DNA of 64,000 nt from an uncultured Oscillospiraceae bacterium (lineage in GTDB: Bacteria; Bacillota; Clostridia; Oscillospirales; Oscillospiraceae). Shown piece by piece: positions 29,915 through 39,147 of the stretch. Location of the stretch: NCBI GenBank assembly GCA_947625285.1, contig CANQNS010000007.1, positions 11,253 through 75,252 on the forward strand, given 5' to 3'. How positions within the stretch are numbered: the stretch's first letter is position 1; every line of letters begins with the position of its first letter. A program made the position numbers and the translations under genes. The notes under the pieces were generated by a model. It searched no databases. It was not told the DNA's origin and worked only from the letters and a program-made list of their open reading frames with translations.

Positions 29915-32482
29915 TTATTTTTGCCGGCGGCTTCGGAGGCCGGGCACGCTCAGCGCGGCCAGCAGCGCCAGCGCGGCGGCGGACAGGAGCCCGCCGGCCA
30001 GCAGACCGGGGGGCGTGTAGCGCATATCCAGCGTGTGGCTGCCGGGGGTAACGTCCAGGGCCGTCAGGCACCCCTGGACGACGGAGACATCCGCCTCCTC
30101 CCCGTCCAGAAGGATGCGCCAGCCCGGGTCGGCGGGGATGGTGAGCACCAGCAGCTCATCGCCCCGGCCGGTGGAGAACGAGCCGGTGAAGTGGTCGTCG
30201 GAGAGCCTGGTGAGCGGGCACGCCCCGTCCGCCATGGCGTCCCGGTAGACCGCCAGCGCGTCGGCATGCTCCGTGGCGAAGGCCGCGCCGTTCACGGTCA
30301 GGTCTGTGGCGGCCTGGATGCGGACCTCCACACGGTCCCCGGCGGCGTGCTCGCCCAGATACAGCGGGCCGTTGGACTGGCCGGTGGCGTAATAGGCGGT
30401 ATACGCGCCGTCCACGAACACCATCACCCCCGGCCAGTCCGCGATGTCCACGACTCCGTACAGAGGTCCGTCCGCACGGACGTTCACGGTGTAGATCAAA
30501 TTGCCGGAGCGGGCGTCCGCCGGCAGGGTGTAGCGCCCGCCGCCGTTGTCCGTAAGGCCCTCGGCCACAGGCTCGTCGGCCTGGGCGAAGGTGTAGATGT
30601 CCGCCTCCGCCTCCGGGGCGGCGGCGGCGTAGAGGGCCTGGGTGTAGGAGAAGGGGTCCTCCGCGCCGATGTCCTGGGCGAACCCCTGGTCCGCCGTCCA
30701 GCCCACAGGCAGGGCGTAGGGGTTTTCATAGACGCGGAAGCTGCCGGTGTCGGCTATGCGCTCGTAGGGCTTTTGGGTGTCCGACGCCGCCAGGTACTTC
30801 ACGCCCAGCAGGCTGTCCACGCCGGCGGTGACGCCGGAGCCGTACAGGGTGAAGATCTCCCGGTAGAAGGGCACGCCCAGCCGGCTGAGAAACTCCAGGT
30901 TCCGCAGTGGCAGCGTGGAGCCGTAATGGGACAGCCCGTCGTAGCCGAAGAGCATGCTCTCGTCCCGGTTCTGGTCGAAGAGCTCCGGGCTCTCCACCCG
31001 GACGAAGGCGTCCTTCGTGTCGATCAGGTCGATGGCCGCGGCCTTCTCCGCCGTGTACTGGGCCCACTTGGCCGGGTCAGAGGAAGTGGCGGTGAGGCTC
31101 GACAGGGACAGCTTGGCGTTGGCGCCCAGGTCGGCCATGTGCAGGACCAGCAGCCCCGCGCCCAGTCCGGCGGCCAGCCGCTTGCCCGCGCCGGGCCGGC
31201 CCAGGGCGTACAGCCCCCCGCACAGGGCGGCCGTCACGGCCACGGCCCACAGTCCGGCCTGCCAGCGCACCAGCTCCCGCCCCGGTCCCAGCAGGGCCAG
31301 CGCGGCCACCGCCGCCGAGGCGGCCAGAGGCCAGATCAACTGCCGGGGCCGGTAGTCCCCGGTCCCCAGGGACAGGGTCTTGTCCGCCGCGGCGATGACC
31401 ACGAAGCTGAAAAGGAAGCTGTAGCGGTAATTGTACCATTCCGGCACGTTGAAGCCGTGCCAGATCAGGTCCAGGGCCGACACCCAGAAGGACAGCGCGA
31501 GGGCCCCCAGCAGTCCCGCCGCAGCCAGCCGCCGCCTCCGGGGCACGCGTCCGTCGGCAAAGTACAGCGCGGCCAAAGCCGCCGTGACCGTGCCGCAGAA
31601 GATATTGGGCAGACCCGCGGGGGTAAGCTCGTCATAGCGGAAGGAGCCTACCAGCAGCTTAGCGAAAAGGGACGCGGGCGGGAATTTGCCCGTCAGATGC
31701 AGGTCGGAGGGGGAGAAACTGGCCTTGCCGCCCATGAGGACCGCCGCCGCCGGGACCAGCACCACCGCCGCCAGGGCCCCGGCCAGCAGACTTGCCAGCG
31801 CGAAGGTGAGCGCCCGCCGGACCCGCCGGCCTGCCGGGCCGGTGAGAAGGCTGAAAAGGAAAAACAGCACCGCGCCCAGGCACAGGATATAGCCCACATA
31901 GAAATTCAAGATCAGGGCCGCGCCCAGGCTCAGGGCGTACAGCCGCCAGCCCCGGCCCTCCGTCAGCCGGGCGACGCCCAGCGCGATGACGGGCAGCAGT
32001 ATCACGCAGTCCTGCCACTGGTAGCAGATGCTGTAGCAGACGAGAAAGGCCATGAAGCCGTAAGCCAGTCCCGGGCCCAGGACCCGCCAGCCCCAGCCGT
32101 GCCGCTCCCCGGCGTAAACGGCCATAGTCATGCTGGCAAGACCCACCCGCAGGATGTACAAAAGGCTCACCGCCGTCAGCAGGTTTTCCCGGGAAAACAG
32201 GCAGCACAGCAGATTCAGCGGGCTCATCAGGTAATAGGCGGTCACGCCCGTCAGATTCCCGCCCAGAGACAGGCCGGGCAGATAGAAAAGGCTGGCCTGG
32301 CCGGAGATAAGCTGCCGCAGAAAGCCCAGGAAGGACAGATATTGGCTGGACATATCCAGCACCCCGAAGCTGCGGCTGCCGAAGGGCGCGATGCCGCACA
32401 GAGCCAGCACCGCCGCCATCAGGGCCATGGGCAGCAGCAGGCTGACAAGCAGCACGGGGAGTTTTGACGTTGTTTTTTTCAT
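29915..32482 (-). CDS. YfhO family membrane protein (GT-C-type glycosyltransferase)
   Basis: 855 aa and polytopic. The N-terminus is typical of YfhO (CGIAPFGSRSFGVLDMSSQYLSFLGFLRQ), followed by a large C-terminal extracytoplasmic domain and a terminal TM segment. Confidence 0.88.
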   Translation of the reverse strand: MKKTTSKLPVLLVSLLLPMALMAAVLALCGIAPFGSRSFGVLDMSSQYLSFLGFLRQLISGQASLFYLPGLSLGGNLTGVTAYYLMSPLNLLCCLFSRENLLTAVSLLYILRVGLASMTMAVYAGERHGWGWRVLGPGLAYGFMAFLVCYSICYQWQDCVILLPVIALGVARLTEGRGWRLYALSLGAALILNFYVGYILCLGAVLFFLFSLLTGPAGRRVRRALTFALASLLAGALAAVVLVPAAAVLMGGKASFSPSDLHLTGKFPPASLFAKLLVGSFRYDELTPAGLPNIFCGTVTAALAALYFADGRVPRRRRLAAAGLLGALALSFWVSALDLIWHGFNVPEWYNYRYSFLFSFVVIAAADKTLSLGTGDYRPRQLIWPLAASAAVAALALLGPGRELVRWQAGLWAVAVTAALCGGLYALGRPGAGKRLAAGLGAGLLVLHMADLGANAKLSLSSLTATSSDPAKWAQYTAEKAAAIDLIDTKDAFVRVESPELFDQNRDESMLFGYDGLSHYGSTLPLRNLEFLSRLGVPFYREIFTLYGSGVTAGVDSLLGVKYLAASDTQKPYERIADTGSFRVYENPYALPVGWTADQGFAQDIGAEDPFSYTQALYAAAAPEAEADIYTFAQADEPVAEGLTDNGGGRYTLPADARSGNLIYTVNVRADGPLYGVVDIADWPGVMVFVDGAYTAYYATGQSNGPLYLGEHAAGDRVEVRIQAATDLTVNGAAFATEHADALAVYRDAMADGACPLTRLSDDHFTGSFSTGRGDELLVLTIPADPGWRILLDGEEADVSVVQGCLTALDVTPGSHTLDMRYTPPGLLAGGLLSAAALALLAALSVPGLRSRRQK

Positions 32483-32529
32483 ATGCTCTCTCCGATGCAG
32501 TGATCGCTGTGGATGTCAAGGCGTCTTTC

Positions 32530-32558
32530 ATTATAGCACGGGTCTTGGCCGGGGACAA
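32530..32558 (-). promoter_or_regulatory. Candidate extended -10 promoter of yfhO-like gene 1
   Basis: Minus strand shows TTGTCC (32553-32558), a 17-nt spacer, then gTGcTATAAT (-10 at 32530-32535). Confidence 0.45.
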
Positions 32559-32564
32559 GAAGGC

Positions 32565-32593
32565 TTGACAGGGCAATGGGCATTGAGTATAAT
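32565..32593 (+). promoter_or_regulatory. Consensus sigma-A promoter of the lipoprotein gene
   Basis: TTGACA (32565-32570), a 17-nt spacer, then TATAAT (32588-32593). SD GGAAGGAG precedes the ATG at 32658. Confidence 0.65.
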
Positions 32594-32657
32594 GTAGCAG
32601 CTGCCGCCAAAAGGCGGCATAAATCACGAATACATAACCAATGGAAGGAGATATAAC

Positions 32658-33104
32658 ATGAAAAAGAATGGGATCGTTGTATTGACGCTGGTCCTGGCCC
32701 TGGCGCTGTTCTGCGCCGCCTGCGGCGGCGGAGCCAAGGAGCCCGCCCCCACCGAGCAGCCGGCCGCGGCTACGGAGCTGCCCACCGTGACGAAGCCCCC
32801 CGAGGGCGAGAGCGGCGCGGACGACGTGCTGACCTCCGACGACAACGCGGCTCCTGCTTTCCGGGACCATGAGCTCGATCTTGCCAGCATGAGCGAGACG
32901 CAGCGCAAGGTGGAGGAGGAGCTGATCGGCGCGACGGTGGAGGACCTGTACGCCGCCATCGGCCAGCCCAAGAGCAGCGATTATGCCGCCAGCTGCCTGG
33001 TAGCGGACGGCGAGGACGGCATCCTGCACTACGACGGCTTCATCGTGTCCACCACCCGGTGGCCCAGCGGCGATGAGCGCGTCATGGGAACGGACGCCGA
33101 ATAA
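32658..33104 (+). CDS. Putative lipoprotein
   Basis: MKKNGIVVLTLVLALALFCAACGGG gives a signal peptide plus lipobox. Confidence 0.75.
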   Translation: MKKNGIVVLTLVLALALFCAACGGGAKEPAPTEQPAAATELPTVTKPPEGESGADDVLTSDDNAAPAFRDHELDLASMSETQRKVEEELIGATVEDLYAAIGQPKSSDYAASCLVADGEDGILHYDGFIVSTTRWPSGDERVMGTDAE

Positions 33105-33131
33105 CACTGTCCCGGCGAAACAGATCGTATA

Positions 33132-33167
33132 CCGGCCCTGTCCAGTTGGACAGGGCCGGCATTTTTT
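33132..33167 (+). terminator. Intrinsic terminator after the lipoprotein gene
   Basis: 13-bp stem ccggccctgtcca/tggacagggccgg, followed by caTTTTTT. Confidence 0.8.
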
Positions 33168-33173
33168 GTCGGT

Positions 33174-34196
33174 TCATCGCCAGCGGCGGTCAAAAAACCA
33201 CAGCCGCAGCCGGTACAGCAGCGCCGCGCCCAGGTAGGCCCTGCGGCGCAGCAGGGCCAGGAAAAAGCGGATGCGCCCCGGCAGGGCCTCCGTGTCCAGC
33301 TCCCTGGCTAGACCCGTTTCGTCCAGGCCCGCGCCGATGTGCCTGGCGGCCTGCCGGACTCCGTGGCCGTACCGGCACTCCTGCAGCAAGGCCCGCAGGA
33401 GCTTGCTGGATATAAAGGCGTCGGCCTGGTCCGTCAGGTCCGGGGCCTGCCAGAGCAGATGGGCCGAAAGGTAGTCCCGGAGCAGCTTCAACTGCCGGAA
33501 CTCCTCCGGGTCATACTGCCGCAGGGCCGAGCCGGACCGCAGCCGGTAGACATACAGCTTCTCCGGGCACACGTAAAAAGACCCGGCGTTATAAAGACAC
33601 TCATACAGGGCGGCCACGTCCTCGTACAGCGCGATGGGACAGTCCCGCAGCCCGTGGGCCAGGATCAGCTCCCGCCGGACCACCTTGGACCACTGGTAGC
33701 CGGGGATCAGTTGGGTAAAAAAGGGCCTGCGCCGGTCCCAGATCATGTAGGGGTATATCTCCTTCTCCAGCCGGGCCTTGTCGTAATAGCCCGGCGCGGC
33801 CAAAAGAGGCTGGTCCGGCGAGCCGTCGCTGGTGACGAAGTCAAAGACCAGCATATCGGCCCCGCCGTTTTCCGTCAGGCAGCGGCGGATGGTCTCCAGC
33901 CAGTTTTCCTTTACCCAGTCGTCTCCGTCCACGAAGCAGACGTAGTCGCCCCGGGCCGCGTCCAGAGCGGCCTGCCTGGCCGCCGTCACCCCCCGGTTGG
34001 GCTGGTGGATGACCCGGACGCGGGCGTCCTTGGCGGCGTAGCCGTCGCAGAGCGCGCCGGAGCCGTCCGGGGAACCGTCGTCCACCAATATGAGCTCAAA
34101 GCCCCCAAAGGTCTGGGCCAGGATGCTGTCCACACAGGCGGGCAGGTATTCCTCCACTTTGTACACCGGCGTGACGATGGAAAATAGTGGCGTCAT
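33174..34196 (-). CDS. Family 2 glycosyltransferase (copy 1 of a tandem pair)
   Basis: MTPLFSIVTPVYKVEEYLPACVDSILAQTFGGFELILVDDGSPDGSG, with a DxD-like FVDGDDW. Confidence 0.9.
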   Translation of the reverse strand: MTPLFSIVTPVYKVEEYLPACVDSILAQTFGGFELILVDDGSPDGSGALCDGYAAKDARVRVIHQPNRGVTAARQAALDAARGDYVCFVDGDDWVKENWLETIRRCLTENGGADMLVFDFVTSDGSPDQPLLAAPGYYDKARLEKEIYPYMIWDRRRPFFTQLIPGYQWSKVVRRELILAHGLRDCPIALYEDVAALYECLYNAGSFYVCPEKLYVYRLRSGSALRQYDPEEFRQLKLLRDYLSAHLLWQAPDLTDQADAFISSKLLRALLQECRYGHGVRQAARHIGAGLDETGLARELDTEALPGRIRFFLALLRRRAYLGAALLYRLRLWFFDRRWR

Positions 34197-35135
34197 CTAT
34201 CGACCCTCCGTGCCGCCGGCGGCCGCCCGTTTTTGGAAAAGCGCGGCGGGCCGGTGGTAATAGAGCCACACCCTGGTCCGATGCACCAGCACCGCCGCCA
34301 GGTAGGCCCTGTGGCGCAGCAGGGCCAGAAACAGCCGTATCCGCAGGGGAAGCGCTTGCGGGCATATCTGCCGGGCCAGTCCCGTTTCGTCCAGCGCGGC
34401 GCCGATATTGCGGGCGGCCTGGCGCAGACTGTCCCGGTGGATCAATTGATTGGCTATGGCCCGCAGGAGCTTACTGGATATAAAGGCGTCGGCCTGGTCC
34501 GCTATGTCCGGGGCCTGCCGGAGCAGATGGGCCGAAAGATAGTCCCGGAGCAGCTTCAACTGCCGGAACTCCTCCGGGTCATACTGCCGCAGGGCCGAGC
34601 CGGACCGCAGCCGGTAGACATACAGCTTCTCCGGGCACACGTAAAAAGACCCGGCGTTATAAAGACACTCATACAGGGCGGCCACGTCCTCGTACAGCGC
34701 GATGGGACAGTCCCGCAGCCCGTGGGCCAGGATCAGCTCCCGCCGGACCACCTTGGACCACTGGTAGCCGGGGATCAGTTGGGTAAAAAAGGGCCTGCGC
34801 CGGTCCCAGATCATGTAGGGGTATATCTCCTTCTCCAGCCGGGCCTTGTCGTAATAGCCCGGCGCGGCCAAAAGAGGCTGGTCCGGCGAGCCGTCGCTGG
34901 TGACGAAGTCAAAGACCAGCATATCGGCCCCGCCGTTTTCCGTCAGGCAGCGGCGGATGGTCTCCAGCCAGTTTTCCTTTACCCAGTCGTCTCCGTCCAC
35001 GAAGCAGACGTAGTCGCCCCGGGCCGCGTCCAGAGCGGCCTGCCTGGCCGCCGTCACCCCCCGGTTGGGCTGGTGGATGACCCGGACGCGGGCGTCCTTG
35101 GCGGCGTAGCCGTCGCAGAGCGCGCCGGAGCCGTC
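33472..35135. repeat. Tandem direct duplication (period 1068 bp) with a 596-bp perfectly identical core
   Basis: 33472-34067 is identical to 34540-35135 by line-by-line comparison. Scattered mismatches occur only outside this core (for example 33471, 34068, 34074). Confidence 0.9.
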
Positions 35136-35264
35136 GGGGGAGCCGTCGTCCACCAGTATGAGCTCAAAGCCCCCAAAGGTCTGGGCCAGGATGCTGTCCA
35201 CGCAGGCGGGCAGATATTCCTCTACCTTGTACACCGGCGTGACGATGGAAAATAGTGGCGTCAT
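34197..35264 (-). CDS. Family 2 glycosyltransferase (copy 2 of a tandem pair)
   Basis: The first ~253 aa are identical to copy 1 and the C-terminal ~100 aa diverge. The ATG at 35264 overlaps the flippase stop (ATGA). The stop at 34197-34199 abuts the copy 1 ATG. Confidence 0.9.
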   Translation of the reverse strand: MTPLFSIVTPVYKVEEYLPACVDSILAQTFGGFELILVDDGSPDGSGALCDGYAAKDARVRVIHQPNRGVTAARQAALDAARGDYVCFVDGDDWVKENWLETIRRCLTENGGADMLVFDFVTSDGSPDQPLLAAPGYYDKARLEKEIYPYMIWDRRRPFFTQLIPGYQWSKVVRRELILAHGLRDCPIALYEDVAALYECLYNAGSFYVCPEKLYVYRLRSGSALRQYDPEEFRQLKLLRDYLSAHLLRQAPDIADQADAFISSKLLRAIANQLIHRDSLRQAARNIGAALDETGLARQICPQALPLRIRLFLALLRHRAYLAAVLVHRTRVWLYYHRPAALFQKRAAAGGTEGR

Positions 35265-36847
35265 GGCTTGCCTCCCTGGTCCTTTTTGCCGCCGGGGAGC
35301 AGGGACCTGGCGGTGCTCGCCAGAAAACGAAACTCCTCCGTCCGGCAAAAGCACACCGCGTAAAAGACGCTGGGCACGGCCACGCACACGCAGCCCCGGA
35401 GGATGAACCCTCCTATGCCGCCCAGGGCGATACGGGCGCAGAGCCCCCAGCAGGCCAGCCCCGCCGCCGCCGTCACCAGCTTATAGACCAGGTTCCGCAG
35501 ATAGTAGCCCCAGGGGGCCGTGTGCAGGACCCGCCGCCAGATCACCCAGGGGTCCACGGTCAGGAAGGTGCCTCCGTGGGCGATGATGGTGCTGACAACG
35601 CACCCGGCGATGCCGATCCGGGGCACCAGCCAGATGGAGAGGGCCAGGTTGAGCACGATGGTGACGATGGGCCGGACCCGGATATAGCGGAACACGCCGG
35701 TGACTTCCCGGAATACCATCAGATACATCCCCTGGCCGGCGATATAAAACTCGATGCCGATCAGCAGGGCCAGGGGCGTGCGAACGGTCACGCCGCCGGC
35801 GGTCCAGCTGGTCACCACGAAGCCCGGCCCGGCCCAGAGGGTGATGAACTCGTCCAGCAGCAGCGCAAGGCCGATGGAGCTGACGCCGAAGAGCCATACC
35901 GTGAAGAAGTTGACCGTCCGAAAGGCCAGCCGGGACCACGCCGGGTTCCCGGCGGTATGCAGGCTGCCCAGGGACGCCTGCATGGCGGAGACCAGCTTAT
36001 ACAGCAGATTGTTGATCTGGTTTTTCACCAGCAGATACTGGGAGTACAGCCCCACGCTCTGCAGGCCCGCCATGATGGACAGGACGATGACGTCGGAGCT
36101 GTTGACTACCGTGCCGCAGACCCGGTGGAGCAGCATCACGGAGCAGTCCTTGAAAAGCTCCTTCACCTCGCCCCGGCTGATATGGCCGTCCACCTTCTCC
36201 CGCAGATAGGGGTGCCGCCGGTCGCAGATACAGGCGTTGAGCAGGTTCTGAGCGACGGTGAAGCCGATCTGCACCAGCAGATAATAGATGAAGCTGTGGG
36301 TCAGCGTCAGGACCAGTATCTGCGCCGCGCTGTTGGCAAGGGCGATGAAATAGCCCGCCACGGTCAGCACATAGGTCTTTTGGGTGGCGTTGATGAAGGC
36401 GTTTTTGTAGGCGAAGAACCAGTAGGAGGCGACGGTGTTGAAAAGGTAGATGAGGAAGATGACCGTGCCGTTCAGCCCCAGCTCGGCCAGCCGGCCGTAG
36501 TCCTTCGCCAGCCGGGGCAGGAACGGGATCAGGCACAGCCCCATGGCCGCGATGACGCAGCCCACCACCAGATAGACCTGCCGGTACAGCTTCATGAGCA
36601 GCTGGATGCGCCGCCGATCGCCCTCCTCGATGGGCTTGTAGAGCTTATAGGCGATGGCGGTGTCGAAGCCCAGATTCGCCAGGTTCAGCACGGTCAGGAT
36701 GTTGGAGAACACCCCCTCCAGCCCCAGGTAATCCGTGCCCAGGGTGCGGATGAAGACCGTGCGGGTGACGAAGCTGAGCGCCATGAGCAGCAGCGAGGAC
36801 CCGATGCCGGTGAGCATATTGTAAAAGGAATTCTGGGTGCGGGTCAT
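35261..36847 (-). CDS. MOP-superfamily (Wzx-like) oligosaccharide/polysaccharide flippase
   Basis: 528 aa with about 12-14 TM segments. The N-terminus MTRTQNSFYNMLTGIGSSLLLMALSFVTRTVFIRTLGTDYLGLEGVFSNIL is typical of Wzx-type flippases. Confidence 0.85.
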   Translation of the reverse strand: MTRTQNSFYNMLTGIGSSLLLMALSFVTRTVFIRTLGTDYLGLEGVFSNILTVLNLANLGFDTAIAYKLYKPIEEGDRRRIQLLMKLYRQVYLVVGCVIAAMGLCLIPFLPRLAKDYGRLAELGLNGTVIFLIYLFNTVASYWFFAYKNAFINATQKTYVLTVAGYFIALANSAAQILVLTLTHSFIYYLLVQIGFTVAQNLLNACICDRRHPYLREKVDGHISRGEVKELFKDCSVMLLHRVCGTVVNSSDVIVLSIMAGLQSVGLYSQYLLVKNQINNLLYKLVSAMQASLGSLHTAGNPAWSRLAFRTVNFFTVWLFGVSSIGLALLLDEFITLWAGPGFVVTSWTAGGVTVRTPLALLIGIEFYIAGQGMYLMVFREVTGVFRYIRVRPIVTIVLNLALSIWLVPRIGIAGCVVSTIIAHGGTFLTVDPWVIWRRVLHTAPWGYYLRNLVYKLVTAAAGLACWGLCARIALGGIGGFILRGCVCVAVPSVFYAVCFCRTEEFRFLASTARSLLPGGKKDQGGKP

Positions 36848-36880
36848 AGGACGCCTCCGGTCAGGGTAGGGATGGGCCCG

Positions 36881-37879
36881 TCAGCGGCGGGCCAGGCGTA
36901 CAAGGGCGAAAAAGAGCGTGGGGCTTGTCATGAGGAGCCGGCACAGCAGCCGGGTCTTTCGGTCCAGCTTGCCGGTGGAGCAGGCGGCGGCCCAGTGCTC
37001 CCGCAGCAGGGGGATAAAGTCCGCGCAGGTCCTGCGAAACGGTCCCAAAGACAGATCCGCCGCGTGAAAGGCCGTCACATAGCAGGCCCGGCAGACCTTG
37101 TAGGACCCGGCCGCCAGCACGGCGGGGGGCTCCCCCTCCGCCCGAAAGACCTCCATCATGTCCTTTACGGCGTCGATCAGGTCCAGATGCCGGGGCTCGA
37201 ACGGTTTGTGCTGGGTGCTGTCGGCCCGGATCCAGAAGTGATAGACCGCCTCCGGCGCGCACGCCAGCCGGCCGCAGTCCGCCACCTGCCGCCAGACGGA
37301 AAAGGAGTCCTCAAAAAGCCGGCCCTGGGGGAAGGGGTGCGCCAGCATATTCTCCCGGCGGGTCAGCTTCCCGCAGAGAAAGCCGCTGACGCCGCCGGCG
37401 GCCTCCAGACATACCGCCTCCAACGCCTGGTCCCGGTCCATCACCGGCGGCTCCGGCACGGGATAGAGCCGTTGGGAGACGCTGCCGTCCGCCCGGACTG
37501 TTTCCGCACAGATCCGGGCCACGGCCATGCCGGCTCCGGCCCGTTCCGCCGCATCGTACAGAGCGGCCAGGTAATGGGCGGAAACATAGTCGTCCGCGTC
37601 CACGAAGGCGATGAACGCGGCGTCGGACCCGGCGACGGCCCGGTTGCGGGCGGTGGCCTGGCCGGTGTTCTGCTGGTGGATCACCCGGACCCGGTCCGGG
37701 GCGGCGGCGGCGTACGCGTCGCAGACGGCGCCGCTGCCGTCGGTGGAGCCGTCGTCCACCAGGGTGATCACAAAATCTGAAAAGTCCTGGGCCAGCAGGC
37801 TGTCCACGCACCGTTTCAGATACGTCTCCACATTATATACCGCCACGATCACGTCGATGAGCGGTCTGCCGTCAGCCAT
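36881..37879 (-). CDS. Family 2 glycosyltransferase
   Basis: LIDVIVAVYNVETYLKRCVDSLLAQDFSDFVITLVDDGSTDGSG and FVDADDY. The ATG at 37879 overlaps the upstream gene's end by 8 nt. Confidence 0.88.
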   Translation of the reverse strand: MADGRPLIDVIVAVYNVETYLKRCVDSLLAQDFSDFVITLVDDGSTDGSGAVCDAYAAAAPDRVRVIHQQNTGQATARNRAVAGSDAAFIAFVDADDYVSAHYLAALYDAAERAGAGMAVARICAETVRADGSVSQRLYPVPEPPVMDRDQALEAVCLEAAGGVSGFLCGKLTRRENMLAHPFPQGRLFEDSFSVWRQVADCGRLACAPEAVYHFWIRADSTQHKPFEPRHLDLIDAVKDMMEVFRAEGEPPAVLAAGSYKVCRACYVTAFHAADLSLGPFRRTCADFIPLLREHWAAACSTGKLDRKTRLLCRLLMTSPTLFFALVRLARR

Positions 37880-39125
37880 GCTCGTCCCTCCCCAGCGCGG
37901 CCAGCTCGCCGGCAAAGGCGCCGTAATTGGCCGCCGCGCTGTAATGGGTCTGCCAAAAGGCCCGGGCTCTGGCCCCCAGGGCCCGGCGGTCCGCCGCGCT
38001 CATGGCCGCGACGGTTCGGATGGCCTCCGCCAGCCGCTCCGGCGTCAGCTCCGCCGGCAGCAGCAGGCCCGTCTCCCCGTCCAGCACCAGCTCCCCCGTG
38101 CCGCCCACGTCTGTGGCGGCGGCGGGGATGGAAAAGCTCATGGCCTCCATGACGGACACGGGGATGCCCTCGGAGGAGCTGACGTTCAGGAAGAGATGAA
38201 AGGGCGTGCGGGCGTACTCCGCCATGAGGGCGGCGTTGTCCACATGACCTTTCAGCTCCCAGGAGACATTTTCCGGCAGGGTCCGGCAAAGGGCCTCGAT
38301 CTCCCCCCGGAGGGGGCCGTCCCCGTAATGGGTCCAACTGACGGGCATATCGTCCAGCAGGGCCAGGGCCCGGACCAGCAGATCCACCCGCTTGACGGGG
38401 CTCAGGGTGGAGCAGCTGACAAGGCGCAGAGGCCCGTCCTCCGGCGCGTCGGGCGAGGGCCCGTGGTCCTCCGTGCCCAGCCGGGCCACGGCCATCCGGC
38501 TCTCCCAGGCGGGATAGGCCCGCGCCAGATAGCGCAGCCCCGCCTCCGAGACCAGATATACCTTTCGCACTGCGGCCAGGACCGTGGGCCGCATGGGGAT
38601 GTACCCGTTGGAGCGTCTGCTCTCGTAAAGGTCATAGCCGTGTCCCCGGGCCAGGATCACGCTGTTGGGCAGACGCTTTTGCAGCAGCGCGGCGACATAG
38701 GGCTGGTAGTCGAACCGGTAGCAGTACAGCACCACCCGTTCCCGGCTGCCGGCCAGGCCGGCCTTTTGCAGATACCGGCCGATGACCGCCGCCTCGTGGT
38801 AGGACCGGCTGAGATAAAAAAACAGCCAGGCCAGCCGGGACAGGGAAAACCGCCCCGCCCGGAAGAGCCGGGCCAGCTCCCTGTAAAAGTCCCGGCTCAC
38901 CAACGCCCGGAAGCAGCCGGGGACGCAGGCCGCCAGCGAGAAAGGCACCGGGCAGACGTGAAACCTCTCCCCGGGCAGAGGCCGGACGGCGTCCATATGC
39001 TCCCGGCGCAGCTGCATGGCGCAGACGTGTATCTCGTCAAAGTCCCGGTAATATTTGATCTCTGTCTCCAAAAACGGCTCCCACGGCCCGTAGGGGAAGC
39101 CGTTGGCAAGCAGGATGAGCTTCAT
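37872..39125 (-). CDS. GT-B fold glycosyltransferase (GT4/group 1)
   Basis: C-terminal GT1 motif FLNVSSSEGIPVSVMEAMSFSIPAAATDVGGTGELV..GETGLL. Confidence 0.85.
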   Translation of the reverse strand: MKLILLANGFPYGPWEPFLETEIKYYRDFDEIHVCAMQLRREHMDAVRPLPGERFHVCPVPFSLAACVPGCFRALVSRDFYRELARLFRAGRFSLSRLAWLFFYLSRSYHEAAVIGRYLQKAGLAGSRERVVLYCYRFDYQPYVAALLQKRLPNSVILARGHGYDLYESRRSNGYIPMRPTVLAAVRKVYLVSEAGLRYLARAYPAWESRMAVARLGTEDHGPSPDAPEDGPLRLVSCSTLSPVKRVDLLVRALALLDDMPVSWTHYGDGPLRGEIEALCRTLPENVSWELKGHVDNAALMAEYARTPFHLFLNVSSSEGIPVSVMEAMSFSIPAAATDVGGTGELVLDGETGLLLPAELTPERLAEAIRTVAAMSAADRRALGARARAFWQTHYSAAANYGAFAGELAALGRDEHG

Positions 39126-39147
39126 ATGGGGTCTCCTTTTCCGGCGG

